A stretch of 64,000 nucleotides of DNA. Source: an uncultured bacterium (GTDB taxonomy: Bacteria > Patescibacteriota > Patescibacteriia > Patescibacteriales > UBA12465). Of this stretch, positions 39,456 through 47,354 are shown one piece after another (the first letter of the stretch is position 1; the number at the start of each line of letters is the position of its first letter). Below the pieces are notes generated by a model that saw only the letters and a program-made list of their open reading frames with translations, made no database searches and was not told where the DNA came from. Location: contig CAJAVM010000003.1 in the NCBI GenBank assembly GCA_903945435.1, positions 1,352 to 65,351 of the forward strand, written 5' to 3'. Position numbers and translations under genes: made by a program.

Positions 39456-40074
39456 CCATATCGATTCGATAGCGACTTCAGCCGTGACAGCTGTATTAGT
39501 CTTTTTTATCACTAGTCGTATAGATAATAAGTTAAGAGAAAAAAATAATAAACATGAGTTTATAAGAAATCGTGAGTATGATACCCATGAAAATGTTTAT
39601 GAAGAAATTCAAAAGCTAAAAAATGACCCAGAAACAGGCTGGGCTTTTCGTTCTAGTAAAAAAGAAAAATTAGAAGAGCAAAATAATTTAAGTTTTTCTG
39701 AGTTCTGTAATGTCACCAAGAAAATTGAATTTCATAATTTAAATATTGATGGAGCTGAATCTTATATTTTAGACATTATAAAAGATAAAATTATATCTGA
39801 TATAAAAAAGTTATCTCGTCGTAGTAAAAATAAAATTCAGCAAATTTCTAAGGAAATAATTATTAAATATGAAAATGATTTTGAAGTAATTAATTCCGAG
39901 GTAGATGATTTAGTGGAGGGCTTTGGTTATTATGAAGGTAAAAAATTGTCTTTTGATGAGAGTAATTATGTTAGTTATTGTAAGACGCAAAGAGAAATAG
40001 TTCTATTAAATTATTTAGCTCCATTATTAAATAAACTTGAAATTGAACTTTCTGATTATATTAATTTAAAGTAA
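39436..40074 (+). CDS. hypothetical protein (N-terminal TM helix)
   Basis: 212 aa ORF overlapping the upstream MTase by 20 bp. No motifs recognised. Confidence 0.3.
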   Translation: MLSAITNHIDSIATSAVTAVLVFFITSRIDNKLREKNNKHEFIRNREYDTHENVYEEIQKLKNDPETGWAFRSSKKEKLEEQNNLSFSEFCNVTKKIEFHNLNIDGAESYILDIIKDKIISDIKKLSRRSKNKIQQISKEIIIKYENDFEVINSEVDDLVEGFGYYEGKKLSFDESNYVSYCKTQREIVLLNYLAPLLNKLEIELSDYINLK

Positions 40075-41413
40075 TCTTTTTTTCTCTCATAACCAGTTTA
40101 CTCTCTAAACAGCTTAATACTTCTCGCTTCTCAATAATCGACCCCTCTCTAAGCACGTATTTAGCGTAGTTTCTCATATCAACATCTTTCTGCTTATTAA
40201 AGTCTATTTCAGCTGTTCCGAGCAAGCCTTTACTGAATTTGTAGTATCTTTCAATTTCTTCATTGAATTGGTTTTTTAAGCCGATGTCATTTATATCTAG
40301 CTTATCAATTACTTGAGTTAATTGTTCAATTAATTCTTCTTCTCGAAGATAACCGCCTTTGCAGTTTATATTTTTAGCTCTAGAACATCCGTAATATACA
40401 TATCTTCTAACTGACCCATCGGCCAGTTTTTTAAATTTTTCTTCAGCCGAAATGCCTGATCCGCAATGTCCGCATTTGATAAGCTTGGTAAAGGCAAATT
40501 CCTTACAGTCTTGTCTAGAAATATTACCTCGGCTTAATTGCTCATTCGCTTTCGTATATAACTCTTTTGATATAATCGGATCGTATCCGCCTTTATACCA
40601 TTTATCGCTTCCAACTGGATATTCAAATTCGCCATAGTAGAATGGTTCTTTTATCATCCGCTGAACCATACTGATTGTCATGAACTTATTATTTTTTGTC
40701 CGCAAATCAGTTTCATCTTTTAGCCATCTATATATGCGCCGACAGCTATATTGCTCATTGGCTACTTTTTCAAATAATTGTTTTATTATTGGAGCTCTTT
40801 TAGGATCTATAAATACTTTTTTAGCGCCTTTGTCCGCATATTTATCATGTATGTATCCAATCGGCGCTCGCCCAGGACGCCAACCTTGTTCGCACTTAGC
40901 CCTTAATCCTCGTTTAACATTTTCGCCCTTATGGTCATTTTCTAATTTAGCTTGAGAACCTAGAATCATTAATAAAAATTTTTCATTAGGGCTGTTAGTA
41001 AATCTTTGGCCATGAGTTCTAATTTCTTTAATTAACCCCTGATCCATTAAATCAACCATCGCCCCTAAGTCGCCAGCATTACGGCTTAACCGATCAGGCG
41101 CCCAGCAGAGGATTCCATTAAAGATACCTCTTTTGATATCTGTAATTAATTTATTAAAAACTGGCCTCTGTCCAGAATCTTTAGCGGAATGACTTTCCTT
41201 TCTTACCTCAGTTATTTGAATATTATCCCTTATGGCCATTTCCAGCATTTCCTTTATTTGCGAGTCTATTGAAAGAGCCTGCCTTTCATCTTCTTCGGTT
41301 GATTTTCTGGCGTATAAACAGTATTTCATCTCTGTTTCTAATGCCTCTAAATTAGCCCTATTTTGGCCTCCTAGGGCTGTTTTATGCTCTAGTACCGTAG
41401 TTGCTTGGTTCAT
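40061..41413 (-). CDS. large serine recombinase (resolvase/invertase catalytic domain + recombinase domain + zinc ribbon)
   Basis: N-terminal YARKSTEEDERQALSIDSQ (the catalytic Ser context of the resolvase family). Zinc-ribbon cysteines CGHCGSG...YVYYGC. 450 aa. Confidence 0.85.
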   Translation of the reverse strand: MNQATTVLEHKTALGGQNRANLEALETEMKYCLYARKSTEEDERQALSIDSQIKEMLEMAIRDNIQITEVRKESHSAKDSGQRPVFNKLITDIKRGIFNGILCWAPDRLSRNAGDLGAMVDLMDQGLIKEIRTHGQRFTNSPNEKFLLMILGSQAKLENDHKGENVKRGLRAKCEQGWRPGRAPIGYIHDKYADKGAKKVFIDPKRAPIIKQLFEKVANEQYSCRRIYRWLKDETDLRTKNNKFMTISMVQRMIKEPFYYGEFEYPVGSDKWYKGGYDPIISKELYTKANEQLSRGNISRQDCKEFAFTKLIKCGHCGSGISAEEKFKKLADGSVRRYVYYGCSRAKNINCKGGYLREEELIEQLTQVIDKLDINDIGLKNQFNEEIERYYKFSKGLLGTAEIDFNKQKDVDMRNYAKYVLREGSIIEKREVLSCLESKLVMREKKITLN

Positions 41414-41520
41414 ATGGTTATAGTTGTTATAACCAATTAATGACGCTATTAAACAGGGAAGTCTAGGCCTAGCTGTTGGTAACTTAACTTTACTTTTTGG
41501 CTATTTCAAGTTATATTTTA

Positions 41521-41684
41521 AGTGCAAAACCACAAGTTAATATCGTGAAGCACGCGCCAATTTTTTTGGTAGCCTTGGCTTATTCGTATACAGGAACGGG
41601 CATTCCGACCTAATACGAGTAAGCGTCTTCACGGACACTTCTTGTGGTTTTGCAACCAAGGTCGGGTGTCCGTTTTTGTTTTTA
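41521..41684 (+). other. large imperfect inverted-repeat / candidate structured RNA with alternative terminator hairpin
   Basis: Stem A is gcaaaaccacaag(41523-35)/cttgtggttttgc(41640-52). Stem B is cgtgaag(41543-49)/cttcacg(41626-32). Stem C is gcttattcgta(41577-87)/tacgagtaagc(41613-23) with a U-G pair. The tip hairpin is ggaa-cgggca-ttcc. A competing hairpin cggacac(41631-37)/gtgtccg(41665-71) is followed by tttttgttttt. Confidence 0.3.
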
Positions 41685-41724
41685 TAAAGCGGACATTAGA
41701 TATTTATAAATTAATTATAAATTT

Positions 41725-42030
41725 ATGAAAAAATGTCCGTTTTGCGCCGAAGAAATACAAGACGATGCTAAAAAATGCCGTCATTGCGGAGAATATCTTG
41801 ATAAAGATAATAAAATTAAGGTAAGTAAGCATTCTGATTATGCTACGGTCACAATTATTTCCGCCATATTGCCCGTTATAGGCATTATTTTAGGAATTGT
41901 TTATCTCACTAAAAATAGCAAGGCAGATAAAAAATTAGGCGAACACGCAATTGTTGGCAGTATTTTATTTAGTATATTGTGGTTTCTAATTTTGTTAGTA
42001 TTAGGAATCCCTAATTTTATAGTTATTTAA
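41725..42030 (+). CDS. zinc-ribbon domain membrane protein
   Basis: N-terminal CPFC...CRHC zinc ribbon followed by two TM helices. 101 aa. Confidence 0.55.
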   Translation: MKKCPFCAEEIQDDAKKCRHCGEYLDKDNKIKVSKHSDYATVTIISAILPVIGIILGIVYLTKNSKADKKLGEHAIVGSILFSILWFLILLVLGIPNFIVI

Positions 42031-42066
42031 TATTAGTTTTATTAGCAGTCAGCTAATTATAAATTT

Positions 42067-42477
42067 ATGAAAAAATGTCCATTTTGTGCAGAAGAAATTC
42101 AAGATGACGCAAAAAAATGCCGTCATTGCGGGGAGTATCTTGATAAGGGTAATGTTTCTAATAAAATCAACAAAGACGGTAGATTTGATGGATTCATTGA
42201 TTTCTTAAAACGAAAATATCCCGCTTATTCCGTCGTGTCTGAAAATTATGAAAAAAATTATATAGTGCTTAACAAACAGTTAAGCGGTTTAAATCCTTTG
42301 CTGTTTATTATATTACTTCTTCTTTGGATTCTGCCAGGCGTTATATATCTTATCGTGTCTTTAAGTAGTAAAAAAATATTATCATTGACCATACAATTTA
42401 ATGAAAACAATGAGCCAGTTTCTGTTAGCGACGCGAATTTCAATTTTTTAATTGTTAAATATAAAGAGAATAATTAA
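42067..42477 (+). CDS. zinc-ribbon domain membrane protein (tandem paralog of 41725..42030)
   Basis: The first 27 aa (MKKCPFCAEEIQDDAKKCRHCGEYLDK) are identical to the upstream gene, as are 15 nt of 5' leader. A TM helix follows. Confidence 0.55.
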   Translation: MKKCPFCAEEIQDDAKKCRHCGEYLDKGNVSNKINKDGRFDGFIDFLKRKYPAYSVVSENYEKNYIVLNKQLSGLNPLLFIILLLLWILPGVIYLIVSLSSKKILSLTIQFNENNEPVSVSDANFNFLIVKYKENN

Positions 42478-42488
42478 TAGTGAGTAAT

Positions 42489-43949
42489 TTATCTCATCCC
42501 GTAGTACTCTTTATTGTGTTCCCAAATTCCAAAAGATGCAGGCCTTCTTTTATCTAAAATAATTTCATTTATCAGTAGGGTAAAAGCATCGACGAGATCA
42601 TCGTGTTTTTCTATGCCGAAGCCGACCATTTGACTTATTAATTCTTCAGCGCCATTTTTAGGAAATAGTATTCTTCCTGATTTTATTAAATATGTTGTCA
42701 TACTTAGCCTAGACAATTTATCATATCCGCCAATTTTAACGCCTTTGCTCGGGTACCCATCGCTTTTTAATTGCTGGGTGAAGGCACTTTGATAAGCCAC
42801 TTCTTCAACTAATATTTCTATTGGCTTGCCTCCTCCTATAACACTTGATGATAGTTTAATGTTCTCTATTGCTTCGGGAAATTCCATCCTTTTATTTATT
42901 AAATTGGGCAAAATATAAATTTTCATATCTTTGTCATATCCATACACCCTTGCACTTACCGCCGCCGTATAATCTGCGGTGGTTTTTGTTGATATAGCTA
43001 AATCAACGCCCATTTTTTCATAGCGATAATTATCTGGCGGAAGGGAATCATAGTACTGTAGCCATTCTTCACGGACAACTTGATCTTCGGCTGGTAATAT
43101 CTTCAGCATGAATTCTCGGTTGAAAGTGACCGCATCATAAGTATTTTTTAAATCTTCAATACTCTCATAAGTCGGGTATCTGCTAGGCCAGAGAACAACC
43201 CCATCTTCATTTATAAGCGGGTATGCTTTATAAACACCACCTCTGATTTTATTATCATTTATTTTTGCTTCCAGTCTTTTAATAACTGAGTCTTGGTGTA
43301 AGAGATTTCCAATTACAACAACAACTGTGTTCATATCTCCAGCTGGCAAAACTTCGCCCATTAGCCAATTAAATGATTTATCCCGCCCCTCCTTAGTTTT
43401 AACTGATTGAAGGTCTTCAATATCGTCGACAACAATTAAGTCTGGGCGGTATTGATTGTGTCTGGTTCCTCTAACGCTCTGTTCGACTGAAGCAGTTGCT
43501 ATTCTGGCATTGAATTTTGTCAGCACTAAAGTTTGTGAACCCCATTGATTAGGTTCTTCTTTGAATGGTCCCAGATCGCCTTTAAGTAATTGATTCTTTT
43601 CTAATTCACTCTTTATGCTTTGGAGCATGGTTTGTGCCTTTGCTTGGGTCTGGCTGATAAGAAGAACGTATTTCTTTTCAAGCTTACCCATAATCGCCCA
43701 GAGAGGATAAGAAAGACCCATGATAGTTGATTTGGCTGATCCTCTAAAAGCAACCACAACCATCATCTTATTTTTTGTGTCTTCAGTCAGACTAAACATT
43801 TCTCTTTGAAACATTGCTGTTTCCACTGTCACATAATGATTCATGTAAAGATAGAAAAACCAGTAATGACTTTCCTTAACAGTGGCCAAGCGAACCAGCC
43901 TATCGGTTAACAATTTATTAATTATTTTTTCAGTCGTTAGCTTTTTCAT
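42489..43949 (-). CDS. phage terminase large subunit
   Basis: Walker A-like VAFRGSAKST. Walker B LIVVDDIED. C-terminal RNase-H-like nuclease motifs (EKMGVDLAISTK ... GIEKHDDLVDAF). Confidence 0.7.
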   Translation of the reverse strand: MKKLTTEKIINKLLTDRLVRLATVKESHYWFFYLYMNHYVTVETAMFQREMFSLTEDTKNKMMVVVAFRGSAKSTIMGLSYPLWAIMGKLEKKYVLLISQTQAKAQTMLQSIKSELEKNQLLKGDLGPFKEEPNQWGSQTLVLTKFNARIATASVEQSVRGTRHNQYRPDLIVVDDIEDLQSVKTKEGRDKSFNWLMGEVLPAGDMNTVVVVIGNLLHQDSVIKRLEAKINDNKIRGGVYKAYPLINEDGVVLWPSRYPTYESIEDLKNTYDAVTFNREFMLKILPAEDQVVREEWLQYYDSLPPDNYRYEKMGVDLAISTKTTADYTAAVSARVYGYDKDMKIYILPNLINKRMEFPEAIENIKLSSSVIGGGKPIEILVEEVAYQSAFTQQLKSDGYPSKGVKIGGYDKLSRLSMTTYLIKSGRILFPKNGAEELISQMVGFGIEKHDDLVDAFTLLINEIILDKRRPASFGIWEHNKEYYGMR

Positions 43950-44344
43950 ATATTTTTATCAAGAGCTGCTAGTTTGAGTGCTTGCTTTACGGCTTGTTTC
44001 TGCTCTTTAGTTAATTCAAGAGTATGTTCAATTTTTCCTTTTAACTCCAGTTTGTCAGCATAAACAGGGTGATTATTTCTTAACCAAAAAAAGATAGCTT
44101 GCATGCTTTTATCCTTGATGCCTGATATCAGCTGTGATTCGGCGATGTCATTTATAAATAAGCGCCCCTCAAGGAAAGCTTTATCAACTTGCTCGGAAAA
44201 CTTTTTATCTTCCTTTTTCCAGCGATAGAAGGTTGTTCTGCCAATGCCGTTTTTTTCACAAACCAGCTGGATAATAGGAGTTTTTCTCAAGCCCTCAATT
44301 ATCAGTGCCTTGCCACTATTTTTTGCTTTTGTTTCTTTGTCCAT
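43946..44344 (-). CDS. putative phage terminase small subunit (HTH)
   Basis: 132 aa. HTH segment GIGRTTFYRWKK. It overlaps the terL start by 4 bp. The call rests on position and domain inference. Confidence 0.45.
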   Translation of the reverse strand: MDKETKAKNSGKALIIEGLRKTPIIQLVCEKNGIGRTTFYRWKKEDKKFSEQVDKAFLEGRLFINDIAESQLISGIKDKSMQAIFFWLRNNHPVYADKLELKGKIEHTLELTKEQKQAVKQALKLAALDKNI

Positions 44345-44349
44345 ATTAT

Positions 44350-45201
44350 TTAATTTAATTTTTTAGCTTTTAATCCAGTTAACTTTTCAAATCTTTCTAT
44401 AATTGTCTGGCAATATTCTGGATCTAGTTCTATCATTAAGCATTTTCTTTTTGTTTGTTCGCAACTGAGTAAAGTCGTTCCCGATCCCCCAAAGGGATCA
44501 TATACATAATCACCTATCTTAGAACTGTTTAATATCAGTTGACGCATTAATGATAAAGGTTTTTGCGTAGGATGACTTTTGCTACTACTCGGTTTAGGAC
44601 AGAAGATTACACTCTTGTCTTTTGACTTAGTAAATAGATGTGTGCCGAACCATGAAAAAATTATGAGCTCGTGCTGAGGCAGATAATCTTTGCGCCCAAC
44701 TACGGCCTGATTTTTTACCCAAATTAGAAGTTGTGAAAAATGGATACCTATTTCATCCATTGCTTGTTTTAAAGCAAATAGCATGATGTCGCTATTAAAA
44801 ATGTAGATGGAATTTTTCTTATCCAGAAAGGGAAGTGCTAATGAAAGCCAACTTTTGGTAAATGTTTTATATTCATCATTGCTTTGAATCTGGTCATTAG
44901 CAATTTCTTTTGGCTTACTTAATTTTTGGGCAAATCCCGCTTTTGATTGGCAATACGCGCAACCATATGGTGGGTCGCAAGCAATTAGCCTGATTATGTC
45001 TTGGCCGATAAGTTTTGTAACGCTTTCTTGATCGCAGGCGTCTGAGCACATCAGCCTATGATTTCCCAGCTGATAAATTTCACCTGTCTTAATTAAGTTT
45101 TTTAGCTTTTGTGTTTGCATATTTTTCATAGCGATTAATAATAAGTTGGCAGAAAATTGGATTGATTTCCGCCGTGTAACATATTCTGTTAAGCTGTTCA
45201 C
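44350..45201 (-). CDS. phage-type DNA methyltransferase (beta-class N6A/N4C; DPPY then DPFGGSGTT)
   Basis: Motif IV CDPPYG precedes motif I DPFGGSGTT. The called start is a GTG at 45201 that overlaps the upstream gene by 113 bp. The ATG at 45129 or 45120 is more likely the true start. Confidence 0.7.
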   Translation of the reverse strand: MNSLTEYVTRRKSIQFSANLLLIAMKNMQTQKLKNLIKTGEIYQLGNHRLMCSDACDQESVTKLIGQDIIRLIACDPPYGCAYCQSKAGFAQKLSKPKEIANDQIQSNDEYKTFTKSWLSLALPFLDKKNSIYIFNSDIMLFALKQAMDEIGIHFSQLLIWVKNQAVVGRKDYLPQHELIIFSWFGTHLFTKSKDKSVIFCPKPSSSKSHPTQKPLSLMRQLILNSSKIGDYVYDPFGGSGTTLLSCEQTKRKCLMIELDPEYCQTIIERFEKLTGLKAKKLN

Positions 45202-46363
45202 ACGCTAGAAGAGTCGACCCCGATCCAGCGTAGATGTCTAATATAATATCGCCAGGCTTAGAACAGCGTTTTAAAGGCTTCTCGTGGAGATTTAAAGGTT
45301 TTTGTGCCGAGTGTTCGTAGTTTGATCCAATATCTCTTTTAGCTAGCCAGATATCTAAAATATCAATTATATTATCTATTGCCCTATTGCCTGATTCTAT
45401 TTCTTTGTTTAAAGCTTCACAGGCTTTAGTTGATAGTTTGGATAGGAACGGCTTGCCAGTTTTTCCGTATATACAAAATTCGGTCGCCTTATTAAATGCG
45501 ACATTAGGCGTAGGATTGAACGCACCCTTGAACCAGAAGCAGGCTCTTTCGTTCTTTATGCTTAGTTCTCGGTATAGAGTTTGGATTAACCAGATATTTG
45601 ATTGATCGCACCAAGTGAAGTAATGGCAATTTTCCTTTGCGTGTTTTAAAGAATTTTTTAGTCCAGCTAATAGAAATTTTTTATATTCATCATCGGTTTT
45701 ATTATCTTTAATATCTCCGCCGTAATTTGAACGATTACCGACCCCTTTATCATAATTTAGCCCAATATTAAAAATTGGATCATTATAGATTAGGTCGGCT
45801 TTGTTTTCTCCAAGTAATTTGTCCAGTGTTTCTGTTTTGTGGCTATCTCCACAAATCAAAAAGTGCTTGCCTAGCTGGAAGATGTCACCTAACTTTATGT
45901 CAGTCTTATTTATTTTCTGCAATTCCTTTTCTTCATTAAAATTATCATTCTCAATTTCAATGTCATTATCAAAAACCTGAAGTAAATCATCTTCATTTAA
46001 TCCAGATTCAAGTAAGATATCTAAATCTATTTCCTTGAGAAGCGAATAATTCCATGATCCATGATTAGAGTTGCTTCGAAGTAAATATTCCTTGAATTCT
46101 TTTTCATCTAGCTGACGGTTAGGAACTCTAACGTCTATTTCTTCTTCGCCTCTGTCCAGTAATTGCAAAACACGGATTCTTTGATGGCCAGCTAGAATCT
46201 GACCGCTTATTGTTATGGCAGGTATCTCGGCGAGATTGAATTTTTTAATACTGGCTTTAAGATCACTTAATTGTTTATCCGACATGATGCGCGGATTTTT
46301 TTCGTAGGGAAGCAGGTCGTTGACTTTCCGCTTCTCTGTGTGCCAAATGATTTGTTTGGTCAT
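45089..46363 (-). CDS. ParB-like nuclease domain fused to DNA methyltransferase
   Basis: N-terminal ParB-N motif (ILAGHQRIRVL). C-terminal MTase motifs NDPIF and DIYAGSGSTLLACEQ. The C-terminus is paralogous to the downstream MTase (...NRYEKYANTKAKKLN versus ...ERFEKLTGLKAKKLN). Confidence 0.7.
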   Translation of the reverse strand: MTKQIIWHTEKRKVNDLLPYEKNPRIMSDKQLSDLKASIKKFNLAEIPAITISGQILAGHQRIRVLQLLDRGEEEIDVRVPNRQLDEKEFKEYLLRSNSNHGSWNYSLLKEIDLDILLESGLNEDDLLQVFDNDIEIENDNFNEEKELQKINKTDIKLGDIFQLGKHFLICGDSHKTETLDKLLGENKADLIYNDPIFNIGLNYDKGVGNRSNYGGDIKDNKTDDEYKKFLLAGLKNSLKHAKENCHYFTWCDQSNIWLIQTLYRELSIKNERACFWFKGAFNPTPNVAFNKATEFCIYGKTGKPFLSKLSTKACEALNKEIESGNRAIDNIIDILDIWLAKRDIGSNYEHSAQKPLNLHEKPLKRCSKPGDIILDIYAGSGSTLLACEQLNRICYTAEINPIFCQLIINRYEKYANTKAKKLN

Positions 46364-46487
46364 AATTTTTTTGTTAATAAATTATGTCTTAATTGTATGA
46401 GTTATCTGAGGGGCAGGACATTACACTTTGTGTAAACAAAAAAAATCGCTATTTTTTAGCGATTTTTAGGAACTATTTTGTATTAAA

Positions 46488-47243
46488 TTATAATTTTTTT
46501 AGATTATTTAGAGCATCTTTATACCTTTTTCTATAAATTGCTACCTCACTGTATCCCAAGGCAACTCGGTTTTTACCGTATTTATCGTTTAATTCTTTGG
46601 AAATTTTTTTATCCCCCTTTTTTATTTTAGTTAAATCCCAGGTATCTTTGGCTACGGTTTGAGGCTTCTTAACTTTGTTATTTTTTCCATCTTTTATTAT
46701 CTCGGTTATTTTTTTACATGCCATAGCTATATCTCGGCTGGTTGTGTGAGGAAAAATTTCTAGATATATTTTTCCCGGGGTAAAAGTGTACTTATTTATT
46801 TCTGGGTTTTCGTTAGCAATAATAATTCGTGTTCCAGGAATCTTCTTTCTGGTAAGCCCAGATTTTAGTTTTATTCCTTCTTTTGAAAATTCAGGCAATA
46901 AGTAAGTAATTAGATTTTTATTTATTATATAATCAGCTGTAAAAAATACACAGTTAGAAATTAGATTATTCGGTATTTTAAATTTACTTATTAGTTTTTT
47001 TGAATTCAAAAATAAGATTCTGTGATTCTTGCTATTTGCATGTTCCCAATCAAAAGACAGTTGGTTATTATTAAAGCCTTCTTTTGGAATATTAAGATTG
47101 GTTCTTATCCTCCCAACTTCTTTAATAAAGAAAGGATGGTCTAATAACAAGGAATAAAGCCATGACTCATCTCTAGATAAATCATCTCCGTTTGGAAAAG
47201 TGTATATATTGCTATTTTCTATTTTTTGGTTATTTATACTCAT
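46488..47243 (-). CDS. hypothetical protein (first gene of the leftward MTase/terminase operon)
   Basis: 251 aa ORF with no recognised motifs. Basic C-terminal region. Confidence 0.3.
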   Translation of the reverse strand: MSINNQKIENSNIYTFPNGDDLSRDESWLYSLLLDHPFFIKEVGRIRTNLNIPKEGFNNNQLSFDWEHANSKNHRILFLNSKKLISKFKIPNNLISNCVFFTADYIINKNLITYLLPEFSKEGIKLKSGLTRKKIPGTRIIIANENPEINKYTFTPGKIYLEIFPHTTSRDIAMACKKITEIIKDGKNNKVKKPQTVAKDTWDLTKIKKGDKKISKELNDKYGKNRVALGYSEVAIYRKRYKDALNNLKKL

Positions 47244-47280
47244 ATATTGTTATTTTATCATTATTAGCCATTTTTAGGTA

Positions 47281-47315
47281 GTTTACTATGATTTATTAAT
47301 ATAATATTAGTAAAC
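47281..47315. promoter_or_regulatory. inverted repeat gtttacta-N19-tagtaaac in divergent promoter region (candidate operator)
   Basis: Perfect 8 bp arms at 47281-47288 and 47308-47315. They lie between the divergent 46488..47243 (-) and 47355..50231 (+) genes. A candidate -10 TATAAT lies at 47379-47384. Confidence 0.3.
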
Positions 47316-47354
47316 GAGATAGCTTAACCTTAGCAAAAAATACCTTGATTTTGC

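Noticed and set aside
40452-41423. Small + strand ORFs (40452..40637, 40680..40955, 41232..41423) inside the serine recombinase gene
   Set aside because: They lie antisense to, and fully embedded in, a strongly supported recombinase CDS.
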